From positions 1 through 64,000 of the IMG/VR virus record IMGVR_UViG_3300025030_000010: DNA of 64,000 nucleotides; one strand, given 5' to 3'. Source of the stretch: a virus. A program made the position numbers and the translations under genes. The notes beneath the pieces are model-generated. The model saw only the letters and a list, made by a program, of their open reading frames with translations, did no database searches and was not told the origin of the DNA. Shown here in pieces: positions 38,807 to 48,184 of the stretch (position 1 is its first letter; every line of letters starts with the position of its first letter).

Positions 38807-38874
38807 AAAAAAGAGGCGAGAGAGCAGTGTTCTGACATGATTCATAATGTCCACGATCTTTCTCTTTTCGCCTC
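38807..38874 (-). terminator. Long interrupted-stem terminator between HU and SSB genes
   Basis: - strand GAGGCGAAAAGAG...GACAT/ATGTC...CTCTCTCGCCTC followed by a T run. Confidence 0.55.
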
Positions 38875-38893
38875 AATCGTTACAGCGTGTTAG

Positions 38894-39277
38894 TTACTTG
38901 CGACCGCGACGACCTGCGGCAGCTTTTGCGGCAGCTTTTGCGGGTGCTGCTTTCGCCGGAGCTGCCTTTGCAGGAGCCGCTTTCGCTGCTTTGCCGGCTT
39001 TCGCTGCTTTCGGACGAACGACTTCTTTGTCCGTGGGCTTGAAAGTCAGAACTTCTTTCGCTGCAATGATCAGCTCTTTGCCAGTCTGCGGGTTGCGGCC
39101 TTTGCGCTCGTCGCGCTGCTTGACTTTGAACGTCCCCAGGGGGCCGGCGGAGACGGTGCCTTCGAGGCTCAGTTCCTTGATCGATACGAGCGTTGCGTTC
39201 ACGGCGTCTTTTGCTGCTGCTACGGTCAGACCAGTTGCTGCTGCGACTTTCCCTGCGATATCACCAATACCCGGCAT
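38894..39277 (-). CDS. hup: HU/IHF family DNA-binding protein with PAKA-repeat tail
   Basis: LGTFKVKQRDERKGRNPQTGKELIIAAK..LTFKP signature; KAAPAKAAPAK tail. Confidence 0.9.
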   Translation of the reverse strand: MPGIGDIAGKVAAATGLTVAAAKDAVNATLVSIKELSLEGTVSAGPLGTFKVKQRDERKGRNPQTGKELIIAAKEVLTFKPTDKEVVRPKAAKAGKAAKAAPAKAAPAKAAPAKAAAKAAAGRRGRK

Positions 39278-39320
39278 TTTACTTCTCCTTTTCCTGTGTT
39301 GTGGGTTGTTACAGCTTGGG

Positions 39321-39962
39321 TTAACGTCTCATTCTTTTCTTTATCTTCTCCTGCGCCGACTTCTTCTTCAGCTCGTTAAAGCGTTCAACTGAATCTGCGA
39401 TGTCACGAGGCGCGTTTGGCTCGCTGTAGTATTCTGAGAGAGCCATTCGAACCATGTTCTCAAGAGCAACTTTGCGCATCTGAAATGCGAAGACTGCTCC
39501 GTTGATCAGGTCTGCGTTCAAGGAAGCATCGATAAAAGCTCTCTTCGCTTCTTTGTAGTCTTCGTCTGTGCGATAGAACGCTTCGAGCGTGGCAGCGTTC
39601 TTTCCTGCTTCTGTGCCCTTAGCTTCGTTGACAAGCTCGCTTCGCAGCGTCTTGACTCTCTCTTCCGCTTGTGCCTTTGCTTTGTTCGCATGAGCGAGAG
39701 CCTTAGCGTACTTCATATAGCGGCGAGACTGATCTAGCCATTCTGCATCGAGGAAGTGAGGATTGATTTCAAGATCGGCCTCGTAATCGAATTCCTCATC
39801 TTCGCCTTTGTTGTTAGCCGAGAGAACAGAGTAAACCTCATTCCTCTCTTCTCGTCTCGACCGCTCGCTGCGTTGTCCTCGACTTTCTCTGCTAGTAGGC
39901 GACTTTCTCGGAGACTCTTCTTCCTCCGATCTTCTGCCTTTTCTGCTTGTCTCTCTAGGCAT
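39321..39962 (-). CDS. UvsY-like recombination mediator
   Basis: DLEINPHFLD.EW..Q...Y..YA, AFQMRK..L helical pattern; near SSB and RecA. Confidence 0.55.
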   Translation of the reverse strand: MPRETSRKGRRSEEEESPRKSPTSRESRGQRSERSRREERNEVYSVLSANNKGEDEEFDYEADLEINPHFLDAEWLDQSRRYMKYAKALAHANKAKAQAEERVKTLRSELVNEAKGTEAGKNAATLEAFYRTDEDYKEAKRAFIDASLNADLINGAVFAFQMRKVALENMVRMALSEYYSEPNAPRDIADSVERFNELKKKSAQEKIKKRMRR

Positions 39963-39992
39963 CTCTTTGTCTCCGTCGTTCTAATGAAGAGA

Positions 39993-40021
39993 ACAATAAA
40001 TCAGCATCGATTTAAAGTCAA
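39993..40021 (-). promoter_or_regulatory. Sigma70-like promoter (TTGACT-17-TATTGT) with a downstream TTCATTAG motif
   Basis: -35 at 40016-40021, -10 at 39993-39998. Confidence 0.6.
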
Positions 40022-40065
40022 TCATTTAATTTAACTTGCATAAACCTCGTTAAACTGCTCATTAA

Positions 40066-40995
40066 TTAGCCGCAGATTGCCTCGTAACACGCCAACACGA
40101 CTCCGTTTCTCTTGTTGTTATAAAAGGGTTCCTTGAACGCATTCATGATGATTGCGGCTTTTGGATTGTCTGAACCCTTAACGAGAATAGAAGCGCAGTA
40201 ACCGAACACGCCCGTTCGTATCGTCTCAGGTTCCCCTTTAACTTTCGTTAGCGCCGTCGCTACTTCTTTCCACTTCACCTTGTCCTTCATGAGCACGCGA
40301 CAGAGTTCAATCACTTCTATCTCTGCCAAGTTCATCTGCTCTGCTGCCGCTGCCATTTCGCTTGTCGGCAGATCAATGATGCGCTCAAGTATCTGAAGCG
40401 TGTTTCGAGGACTACCTCCGCCGTCGTTGACGATCTTCTCCAACACGTCTTTGGGGACTTTTACACCTTCTTCTTTGCAGACGTATTGAAGATAGTCCAT
40501 CATCTCGTGCTCTTCGAGAGGCTTCACTTCAAATGTCGTGCAACGTTGACGCAGCGCAGGAAGCAGCTTCTGCGGGTCTGTAGTGGAGAAGATGAAATAG
40601 ACGTGTTTCGGGATAGACTTGGGTTCAAGCATCTTGAGAAGAGCGTTCTGAGCGTCTCCTGTGAGCTTGTGGGCCTCGTCTAACATCCAGATTCGACAAG
40701 GTCCGCCGCACATCGACTTGTAGCGAAGCTGATCGCGTATGTCACGAATGTTGTCGATGCCTTTGATATCCGCAACGTTCATCTCGTAGAAGTCGAACTT
40801 CATATTGCAGCCGAGTTCTCTGCCGACGATGTTGCCGAGAGTCGTCTTACCACAGCCGGGGTCGCCTGTGAACAAGAGAACATGAGGCATCTTTTCTCTG
40901 CTTCGCTTCAGTAGTGTGGAGAGTGAGTTCTTTAGCGCTGCGTTTCCCTCAAATTCCGAGAGAGTGCGTGGTTCCCAATCTTCAGGTAGTGACAT
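40066..40995 (-). CDS. Clamp loader ATPase (DNA pol III gamma/tau, DnaX-like)
   Basis: P.TL.E..GN, GDPGCGKT, LDEAHKL, AQNALLKMLE, TTDPQK, QRC. Confidence 0.9.
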   Translation of the reverse strand: MSLPEDWEPRTLSEFEGNAALKNSLSTLLKRSREKMPHVLLFTGDPGCGKTTLGNIVGRELGCNMKFDFYEMNVADIKGIDNIRDIRDQLRYKSMCGGPCRIWMLDEAHKLTGDAQNALLKMLEPKSIPKHVYFIFSTTDPQKLLPALRQRCTTFEVKPLEEHEMMDYLQYVCKEEGVKVPKDVLEKIVNDGGGSPRNTLQILERIIDLPTSEMAAAAEQMNLAEIEVIELCRVLMKDKVKWKEVATALTKVKGEPETIRTGVFGYCASILVKGSDNPKAAIIMNAFKEPFYNNKRNGVVLACYEAICG

Positions 40996-40998
40996 TCT

Positions 40999-41151
40999 TC
41001 AATCCCCTCTTTTGTGAAGATTTTGATCTGCGTCTTTGTGTCTTATTCGAGTCCCGCAATTACAACATCTGAAAAAGCGAAGTGCCTTTGCGTCACGAAT
41101 GAATTGAAACATGGTACTTCGACAATGTGGACATTTAAGCTCTTCTTCCAT
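40999..41151 (-). CDS. Small zinc-ribbon protein
   Basis: CPHC...CCNCG; GAGG RBS. Confidence 0.5.
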   Translation of the reverse strand: MEEELKCPHCRSTMFQFIRDAKALRFFRCCNCGTRIRHKDADQNLHKRGD

Positions 41152-41158
41152 GTCAACC

Positions 41159-41413
41159 TCAGTATTTGTCGTGAAAGCACTTGTCAAGATGCGCCTGTTG
41201 TTTCTCGCTGAGAGAGCGCCCCATTGCGAGTTGAGCGTGAACGCTGCGAATAAAACCCACGTCAAAGTCGTTATCGATCTTGTCGTTCTCGACCATCTCA
41301 AGCAGTCTCTTTGCCATCTCACGGTTAGACTTCATGACACTGTTCTCGGTAGCAGCTCGCTCTTTCAAGCGCTCTCGCATCGACTTAATCCCCTTCTTGC
41401 TGAAGTCAACCAT
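41159..41413 (-). CDS. Hypothetical protein
   Basis: FIRSV...LSEKQ..HL motif common in phage proteins. Confidence 0.55.
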   Translation of the reverse strand: MVDFSKKGIKSMRERLKERAATENSVMKSNREMAKRLLEMVENDKIDNDFDVGFIRSVHAQLAMGRSLSEKQQAHLDKCFHDKY

Positions 41414-41696
41414 TGTCTTTGTCCTCGTGACCGTGTTTGGTGCCGTGAAGGTGAGAGGAGATGTAATGAAACTTTGACATCTCGATTGCAGCGTCCATCA
41501 TGACACGCATCATGGGCCCGACGTAGCCGTTCCAGTGAGCTTCGGCTCGCTCTCTCGGAGTCAGTTCTTTAGACTTCGCGTCCTGTTGCACCTGATCGGC
41601 CGAGATTCGAGACTTCGACATAACCTGATCTTCGATACATCTCGGACAAACGCCTTCTTCGGGATACTTCTCTCTGTGTTTTTCGCATTCGGGCAT
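41406..41696 (-). CDS. Hypothetical protein with N-terminal C/H zinc motif
   Basis: CEKH...CPRC; GAGG RBS. Confidence 0.5.
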   Translation of the reverse strand: MPECEKHREKYPEEGVCPRCIEDQVMSKSRISADQVQQDAKSKELTPRERAEAHWNGYVGPMMRVMMDAAIEMSKFHYISSHLHGTKHGHEDKDNG

Positions 41697-41921
41697 AACT
41701 TATTCCTCTCCTTTTGATTTTTTACAAATGACGCACTCTTGCGCACCTGATCTGCTTGTTTTGATTGTGATGCGACATATCGACACAAATGCTCACGTTC
41801 GAAAGACAGCGTTGAAGAGCTTTATGGCCGCTCTTCTTGAAGATCATCCCTTTGCGCAAACTCTCGAATGGAATTTGAATCAACTTGCCGTTGCAATACT
41901 GATAGAATTTTGCGAATTTCA

Positions 41922-43823
41922 TTAGAATAGCTCCTTGCACTTGTTGACGTACCACTCATAATCTATATCTTTCGGGAAGCCTACGCTCAAGTCCATAATC
42001 GGCTTAACTCCGTCTGTCATGGGGACTTTCTCCCCTTTGCCGTTGACGATGCAGCCTTTCTCACCTGCGGCATGATACCATCTGATAGCTTTGCCGAGAT
42101 GAAAGTCGTTCTTGAATGCCCCGCCGTTGCCGACAGCTCGAACAGTGACAAACTTTCTAACGTCTTTACAGGCACGAATCGTCTCTTCGAAATGCGTGCC
42201 GTGCTTCAGATACTCGATCATCGCAAGAGTGCATATCTCGTTTTCGGGATTCTTACTCAGACCGCTGGGAGAGAAGCAACCCTTCATCTTAACGGACCCG
42301 TCATACTTTATGGCTATGTAGTTGTTGATATCTCGTGACCAAATACCAGCGTATTTCGTCTGACTCATTTTGAAACGAGTGACTTTCTGCCAGTATTTGA
42401 GAATAGAGTGCATCTTTGCTTCTTTGTCGCGAGGGCACTTGATAACGATACCGTCTGTGTTACCTGAGACTATGTGAATCCCTGCGCGCTCCATCATGTC
42501 GATCAGCATGAGCAACGAGAGCTGCCCTGTGACTGTCACTTGAATCATAAGCTCAGGCGCATAAAGAACAGAGTACGGAGAGCCGAGCTTGCCAAAGCTT
42601 CCGTTTACAACGATCTTGAGAGAGCCTGACTTGATAACATCTCCGAGACTTTTAGCTTTCAGACGCTCAACAACGAGCGTGCGATAAACTTCGAGAAACT
42701 CTTTTCCTAGTCTCTTTGGGTAGAGACCGCAGCGAAGTATGATTTCGGGATAATATCCGTCTACGTCCCAATCCTCGATGATGTAACGTTCATCGCTGAG
42801 ATGAAATGCTCGCTTCTCCATCGAGTGAAGACCACCCATTCCCATCTTGTATGTGGACGTGCCGATCTTTATCTTCAGATCAGCGAGCGCTTTTGGCATC
42901 TTGACTTTGCCATTCATGCCCACTTCGAACGGCTCATTCTCCATGATGTCGAGAGCAGCGAGCAAGTCAGGATTAACGAACTGAATGAAGTCAGGAGCCG
43001 TGTAATAGAAAGACAGCTCTGAAATGTCAGGGCGCTTCAGTTGAACACCCTTCAGCTTCGACAGCTCGGACTTGATTACCTCTTCTGCTATCTGTGCATC
43101 TGACTTGGAGAGAAGATCGAGACCGTACTTTTTGGACATGACACGGCGAAGCTCAATCTGCTCCAACAACTCGTCCAGTGCAAGACCTGTTACCTCAAGG
43201 TCGTTGCCGCAGTATTCGTTGACGTTGTCCATTTCGTCTTCGGTTAACTCGTCGTCCTCGTGATACGGCAAGTCCTGCATCTTAGTACAATGCAAGCGAC
43301 CACCGTAGATTTTCAGAGAGATGCCGACGCCAGGGAGTAAGCCGATGATGTCGATGTGCTTTATGTCCATCTTCGGCAGCTTGTAGCGCTTCTCGAACTT
43401 GTAAGGGGTGAGGTCTTCTTGGATGATTTCGTTCGTTGCTTGCTTCAACTCTTCGCAATTCGCTCCTGTCAGAGCGAGTCGAACAATAAGGATGTCGTAG
43501 ATGTTGCCGTTGAAGGTAACAATCTCGTGTCGCATCAAGAAAGATTTGAGCTTCTCATGCTCCAAACGAAGATAGTCGGTCTGCTCGAAGTCGAATATCG
43601 CTCCGTCACTGACACGAGTGAACTTTACGAGAAAGTAATTCCAGAAGCACTCGACATCTAGCAGCACTTGAGGAGTTCTCGACAGCGCCACAACTTTCTC
43701 TTTCTTCTTCTCTTTTGCTTTAGGCGGGTCAAACTCGATCTGCAATCTAGGCGGGAGGGGTTTGTATCTCTTCAGTTTTCCTGCTGCTAAAAATCCGTCA
43801 ATCTTGCTGAAAAATCCACTCAC
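41922..43823 (-). CDS. DNA polymerase family B with 3'-5' exonuclease
   Basis: ExoI DVE, ExoII FNGNIYD, ExoIII YCGND; motif A WDVDGYYP, motif B KIVVNGSFGKLG, motif C NTDG. Confidence 0.9.
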   Translation of the reverse strand: MSGFFSKIDGFLAAGKLKRYKPLPPRLQIEFDPPKAKEKKKEKVVALSRTPQVLLDVECFWNYFLVKFTRVSDGAIFDFEQTDYLRLEHEKLKSFLMRHEIVTFNGNIYDILIVRLALTGANCEELKQATNEIIQEDLTPYKFEKRYKLPKMDIKHIDIIGLLPGVGISLKIYGGRLHCTKMQDLPYHEDDELTEDEMDNVNEYCGNDLEVTGLALDELLEQIELRRVMSKKYGLDLLSKSDAQIAEEVIKSELSKLKGVQLKRPDISELSFYYTAPDFIQFVNPDLLAALDIMENEPFEVGMNGKVKMPKALADLKIKIGTSTYKMGMGGLHSMEKRAFHLSDERYIIEDWDVDGYYPEIILRCGLYPKRLGKEFLEVYRTLVVERLKAKSLGDVIKSGSLKIVVNGSFGKLGSPYSVLYAPELMIQVTVTGQLSLLMLIDMMERAGIHIVSGNTDGIVIKCPRDKEAKMHSILKYWQKVTRFKMSQTKYAGIWSRDINNYIAIKYDGSVKMKGCFSPSGLSKNPENEICTLAMIEYLKHGTHFEETIRACKDVRKFVTVRAVGNGGAFKNDFHLGKAIRWYHAAGEKGCIVNGKGEKVPMTDGVKPIMDLSVGFPKDIDYEWYVNKCKELF

Positions 43824-43867
43824 AGTTTGGCTCCTTTGTTTTAACTACGACCACTTGAGGGAATAAG

Positions 43868-43899
43868 AAAAGGGAAGAGCGCGAAGCTCCTCCCTTTTT
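43868..43899. terminator. Bidirectional terminator after the ACP gene
   Basis: AAAAGGGAAGAGC-gcgaa-GCTCCTCCCTTTTT. Confidence 0.65.
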
Positions 43900-43918
43900 A
43901 TCGGTCTGTCGAGCGGGA

Positions 43919-44149
43919 CTAGATCAGTCTCTTCACCAGATCGATTGCATCTTGAATCGTGTGCAAATTGCCGACTTCTTCATCGCTAATTTCGATGCCG
44001 AATTCGTCTTCCAGTTCAGCTACGCACTCCACGATGTCGAGCGAATCGCAGCCGATATCTTCGAGCGTCTTGTCTGCCGTGAGCGCATCGGCGGGATAGC
44101 CGAGATGCTCTGTGAATACGTCAATGACTTTCTGTTCCGTTGACTTCAA
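43919..44149 (-). CDS. acpP: Acyl carrier protein
   Basis: 76 aa, acidic; GCDSLDIVE with Ser36 phosphopantetheine site; ELEDEFGIEISDEE; TIQDAID. Confidence 0.9.
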   Translation of the reverse strand: MKSTEQKVIDVFTEHLGYPADALTADKTLEDIGCDSLDIVECVAELEDEFGIEISDEEVGNLHTIQDAIDLVKRLI

Positions 44150-44172
44150 TTTAAATCACCTCACTTTTTATT

Positions 44173-44487
44173 TTATTTTTCTGCTATGCAGTCGCCGTCG
44201 GTGTTGTAAAGATCGTAAGCGAATTCGCACTTGATACGCTCGGTGCAGTAATCACAAGTGAGCTGCTTCGCTCTGCTGTGATTTGCCACAAGATACTCGA
44301 TCATCGCACTGCGCTTATCTTCACAGATATGCTTGAAACGGTTCCAGCCGCCGCAGGAAGCACAGGGCTCATGTGACCCGAGCAAAGTGACGTGTTCGCA
44401 GAAATGACAGCTAGGATCGACATCCTCGAACGTGGAGACATCTACGCTGACTTCTGCTGCGTCTTCAGTCTTCATGATTCGCTGCAT
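44173..44487 (-). CDS. Cys-rich hypothetical protein
   Basis: CHFC, CASC, CDYC, C..AYD.YNTDGDC.AEK. Confidence 0.6.
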   Translation of the reverse strand: MQRIMKTEDAAEVSVDVSTFEDVDPSCHFCEHVTLLGSHEPCASCGGWNRFKHICEDKRSAMIEYLVANHSRAKQLTCDYCTERIKCEFAYDLYNTDGDCIAEK

Positions 44488-44839
44488 CTTCTTCGAGCAG
44501 ACGCAGACCTCTTCTGATTGCTTTGGCTTTCTTGCCGTTGACTTTCGGCTCGGTGCGTCTCATTACGCCCGTTTTGAGGTCGCGGTCATACTGCGTACCC
44601 TTCAGGTCGATCAGCTTGTCACCCGCTGCGTTGTGACGCAGATTGTAGACAATGGTGCCGCCTTTAGCACGAATGGCGTCAACCTGCTCTTTCGTCAAGC
44701 CCTTGTTGACTTTCTTCTGCTTCTCGGTGTCTGCCACCGTGTCTTCGGAAACTTTAACGATGTTTGCCGCTCTATCGATTGCTGCGTTGAACCCTTCCGA
44801 TGTCACTGCTTCCGTCTGAACATTCAATCCGCCAGTCAT
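44465..44839 (-). CDS. Hypothetical protein
   Basis: AGGAG RBS; biased codon usage. Confidence 0.6.
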   Translation of the reverse strand: MTGGLNVQTEAVTSEGFNAAIDRAANIVKVSEDTVADTEKQKKVNKGLTKEQVDAIRAKGGTIVYNLRHNAAGDKLIDLKGTQYDRDLKTGVMRRTEPKVNGKKAKAIRRGLRLLEEDAANHED

Positions 44840-44861
44840 TTAAAACTCCTTTTCTTTGTAG

Positions 44862-45275
44862 TTAAACCATCATTCTTTGCATCACGAGTTTTGCCAAAAG
44901 TGCTTTCTCTTCTTCGTTCTCTGTGCCTATTAACTTTCGAATTCTACTCTTTATGAGCAGCATGAACATTTCTCGCTCTCGTGAACCTTGAGGACTCATT
45001 GTCGCGTCTTTATCGTTACCGAAGACTTCACAGACCGCTTTGTATCTCCACAACTTATCATCTTTCTGATACTCAGCTATCTTTGTTCCCCGCTTATTTG
45101 CAAACTCATATACTACTAGATGCGTTCGCATGTCAACAACTCTCAGAGTGTGGGAATAAAAAATCACTTCTTCGATACAACCTGTCCCCCACTGTGACAG
45201 TCTTTGTGCAAGTTGTTCTTCTTCTGATGCAGTATAATCCACAGGAGTAGTATCGTACTTGTGAAATAATGACAT
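44862..45275 (-). CDS. Hypothetical protein (tandem paralogue 3)
   Basis: WRYKAV...KALLAKLVMQRM. Confidence 0.6.
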   Translation of the reverse strand: MSLFHKYDTTPVDYTASEEEQLAQRLSQWGTGCIEEVIFYSHTLRVVDMRTHLVVYEFANKRGTKIAEYQKDDKLWRYKAVCEVFGNDKDATMSPQGSREREMFMLLIKSRIRKLIGTENEEEKALLAKLVMQRMMV

Positions 45276-45276
45276 T

Positions 45277-45630
45277 TTAATCCTCGTTAAACTGAGTGTA
45301 AGCATTTCCAAATCGAGTTGACATAGAATCTGAAAGATCGACTTCAGACGAGAACATTCGCCATGTGACAACTTGCGCAAGAACCGCTTTGTCTTCGTCT
45401 GTGTCGTAGTGCTTGAAAGCGTCAACGAGAGCTTTTAGCTTCCAGTTCTTCGATGTCTTGTCGTATGTGCCTGTTTGACACGAAGACACACCGATTCGAT
45501 AAATTCTAATCTCACAAGCTCCGCTGTGAGGCACAACGTAAATAGATAAGATGCAATGTCCACAATGTAGCTGCTCGACTGTTCCGTTTCCCCATTCGCG
45601 TACTGCTTCGAGCGAGAATTCTTTGATCAT
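45277..45630 (-). CDS. Hypothetical protein (tandem paralogue 2)
   Basis: WKLKAL...KAVLAQVVTWRM. Confidence 0.6.
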   Translation of the reverse strand: MIKEFSLEAVREWGNGTVEQLHCGHCILSIYVVPHSGACEIRIYRIGVSSCQTGTYDKTSKNWKLKALVDAFKHYDTDEDKAVLAQVVTWRMFSSEVDLSDSMSTRFGNAYTQFNED

Positions 45631-46064
45631 AGCTTCATCCTCAGTACAACGAGCTGTGCAATGACTTCTTTTGCGTTCACATCGTCTTTGAGCGCTGTAT
45701 AGAGTGCCTTGAGCGCCCACGACTCTCTTGTATCGAAATCGTCAACGTGAATCAGCTCTGCTTGCGGAGTGTGAGTGCCTTTGACCTCAAAGAGTCGTAT
45801 CTTTTGAGACACGTTCTGAATTGACACGACTCTGAACATGCGTCCGCACAAAAACAACTCCTGAAGATCATGACTCTCCATAAACTTGATAACATCTTTA
45901 ATTGGTCTTGTGTGGTCGTAGTAAGTGTTCATCTTCCCCACCGTGAGAGTGTGTTTCGGTCTACCCGCAGATTTAGGCGCAGACTGCGATAACAACTGAG
46001 CTGATATCCAGATTATCGCAGTTGCGCCTAATGTTCCTGCTGCGAAGTCGAGCAAGTCGATCAC
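45627..46064 (-). CDS. Hypothetical protein (tandem paralogue 1), hydrophobic N-terminus
   Basis: WALKAL...KEVIAQLVVLRM. Confidence 0.6.
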   Translation of the reverse strand: MIDLLDFAAGTLGATAIIWISAQLLSQSAPKSAGRPKHTLTVGKMNTYYDHTRPIKDVIKFMESHDLQELFLCGRMFRVVSIQNVSQKIRLFEVKGTHTPQAELIHVDDFDTRESWALKALYTALKDDVNAKEVIAQLVVLRMKL

Positions 46065-47071
46065 TTTGCTTTAGGCTCCATGAGATTGACAACGTGAATG
46101 TAGTTGTCACCCTCGAACTTGAGGCTGTCACCGATAGTTGCTTCGAGATTGTTCTTGAGCATCGCCTTCATGAATTCGGGCTGAATGTCGAACTCTATGG
46201 GCTCGCCCGTGTAGACGATTCGAACAGGCTCTTTGAACCAGCCGTTCGCGCCTTCTGTCGAGATGATCATCTTGTTAGTTTCGAGGGCGATGTTGACGCG
46301 CTTGTCCTGACACATGACAGCAGCGCGATCAAGAACCTCTGCCGTGTTCGCGGGGAATTCGATTGCGTCCCCATCGACTTCAAGAAACTCGGAGAAGTCG
46401 GGGTATTCGTCCTCGATGATTCGACACGAGAACAGCGCCTCGTTCTCGTTTCTGAAGTGAATCCAGCCTTCTGTCTCAGCGTACTCAATAGGCTCGTAAT
46501 CGACAATGCTCTTCGCAGCGTTCGAAGGGATAAGCAGCGGCAGCGGGAAACACTTCGCAGCAGCTTTACCCAGATCGTATTCTGTAATCCTGTTGTTGTC
46601 GCAGGATATGACTTTCGATCTTTCTATGAACACGTTCTTGAGAATATCTTTGTCGGCGTCTTTGCTCACGGAGAAGAGACAGAACTTGACAGCTTCGCAG
46701 AAGTTATCCGGAAGATCGATCCAGTCGTCCTCTTCAGGCATCCCCAGTTCGTGAATCGGCAACTCTATCTCTTCTTCGAGACGTATCCCCGCTTTCGCTG
46801 TGCCTCCGACAAGAAGAAGAGTTCCCGCGCTCACTGTCAGTTCAAGCTCTTCTTTCTTGACTTTGGTGATCATGTCGTAGAATTCTTTCGCAGGAACAGC
46901 GCCCTCGAAATCGACATCGACAGGATGACTCACGGAGATTTCATCGTTAAAGGTGCAGACAACGCCATCTATGAATACGAAGCACGTTGACTGCTCAATG
47001 ACTAGCGATCTAGCTAATCCGGGTTTGACAGCTTCCAGCGCTTTTAAGAGCGCGAGGCGATTGATCTTCAT
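46061..47071 (-). CDS. DNA sliding clamp (DNA pol III beta, DnaN-like)
   Basis: INRLALLKAL, FSVSKD....L.NV, SCDNNRI, EDEYPDF; about 340 aa, three-domain size. Confidence 0.8.
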   Translation of the reverse strand: MKINRLALLKALEAVKPGLARSLVIEQSTCFVFIDGVVCTFNDEISVSHPVDVDFEGAVPAKEFYDMITKVKKEELELTVSAGTLLLVGGTAKAGIRLEEEIELPIHELGMPEEDDWIDLPDNFCEAVKFCLFSVSKDADKDILKNVFIERSKVISCDNNRITEYDLGKAAAKCFPLPLLIPSNAAKSIVDYEPIEYAETEGWIHFRNENEALFSCRIIEDEYPDFSEFLEVDGDAIEFPANTAEVLDRAAVMCQDKRVNIALETNKMIISTEGANGWFKEPVRIVYTGEPIEFDIQPEFMKAMLKNNLEATIGDSLKFEGDNYIHVVNLMEPKAK

Positions 47072-47073
47072 TT

Positions 47074-47262
47074 CTAAGCACTCCTTAGGTTTTTGCTGAT
47101 CGTCTTAAACATCTGTATCATGAAGGTCAGAGAGACAAGCTGTGCGAGTCTCACGGGATGAATTTCTTCGCGATGTTTTGCGAGAATGTGTTCTATCATA
47201 ATTTCAGTGGTAGTGTTGAACCACTCTTTGCAGTACGGGCACTTGTAAAGTTTTCTCTGCAT
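47074..47262 (-). CDS. C2H2 zinc finger protein
   Basis: YKCPYCKEWF......IEHILAKH. Confidence 0.6.
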   Translation of the reverse strand: MQRKLYKCPYCKEWFNTTTEIMIEHILAKHREEIHPVRLAQLVSLTFMIQMFKTISKNLRSA

Positions 47263-47263
47263 C

Positions 47264-47395
47264 TTAGTATTCTCCTATGTCACAGGGTTGCATTTCAGCT
47301 CCGCATGTTCTGCATTTCGATTCGGGTTCGGTGACGTAAGTATCATCGCACTTCGGACACTCACACAGCGCAAGCTCGTCAAGATTCTCCGGCAT
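47264..47395 (-). CDS. Small zinc-ribbon protein (43 aa, not in ORF track)
   Basis: AGGAG RBS; CPKC...CRTCG. Confidence 0.5.
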   Translation of the reverse strand: MPENLDELALCECPKCDDTYVTEPESKCRTCGAEMQPCDIGEY

Positions 47396-47410
47396 GACGA
47401 TTCTCCTTAT

Positions 47411-47689
47411 TTAGGTCATTACTTCAAAGACGTGATAAACCCTCACCCCGCCGCGTAGCTGATAGGTTCCGATGTAGCTGTATCTGATCGAAGTGATAGT
47501 TTCGCCAGTTTCGTGAATTGCAAAACAGCGCTCTTCTTTGACATCCTCGTTCGCTTTGTTGAACTTCGCCCACAGACAGGGCTCTTCGTTCTGAGTCTGC
47601 ACTGACAGAATCTCAGCTCCCTTTGGCATAAGCACTCGCTGATTAACGAGTGCTGTTTCCAGCTTAAATTTCCAAATTGTACTCGCCAT
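47411..47689 (-). CDS. Conserved phage hypothetical protein
   Basis: TIWKFKL..MPKGAEILSVQ...TG...YIGTYQ...YHVFE pattern. Confidence 0.7.
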   Translation of the reverse strand: MASTIWKFKLETALVNQRVLMPKGAEILSVQTQNEEPCLWAKFNKANEDVKEERCFAIHETGETITSIRYSYIGTYQLRGGVRVYHVFEVMT

Positions 47690-47701
47690 GACAACTCTCC
47701 T

Positions 47702-48154
47702 TTACTTCAGTTTGGGCATGATTTCAAAGAAGCCGTGAAGAACCCCGAGTCCCTCGCAGCGCAAAACCTGTTCCGTGATGTATGTAATGAGATGATCACG
47801 CATCGCAGGATTCTCGGGGTCTTCTTTCGTCTTCTCTCTTACGTTGTCAACGAGCTTGCGAATGCCTACGATCTGCTTAGAGGGTTTCAGCGGATTATCA
47901 GAGATTTGAGTCAAGAGATGTTCAGCAGTCGTGAGAGACGCTAATAGTGAGGAGACGCTTCTGTAGTGCAAGTCGTGAACGATATGCAGCAGAAGATTAC
48001 CGATTACTTGTCCTGGCTTTGCGTCATACATAAAAGCATAGCCGTCTATTTTGATTCGAACTAGACCTTTCGCAGGACCCACGACATTCTTTTTAGGCGG
48101 GTCGTATGTCGCAGCAGGTATGATTTTTCTCTTACCTCTGATTATCGTTCGCAT
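47702..48154 (-). CDS. Hypothetical protein
   Basis: GAGGGAG RBS. Confidence 0.55.
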   Translation of the reverse strand: MRTIIRGKRKIIPAATYDPPKKNVVGPAKGLVRIKIDGYAFMYDAKPGQVIGNLLLHIVHDLHYRSVSSLLASLTTAEHLLTQISDNPLKPSKQIVGIRKLVDNVREKTKEDPENPAMRDHLITYITEQVLRCEGLGVLHGFFEIMPKLK

Positions 48155-48184
48155 CTTTACTCCCTCTCAGATCGTGATTCGATT

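Noticed and set aside
44173-44487. c-type cytochrome (CxxCH) in Cys-rich ORFs
   Set aside because: Motifs are CxxC without the adjacent His (e.g. CHFCEH) and there is no signal peptide; they are more likely Zn sites.
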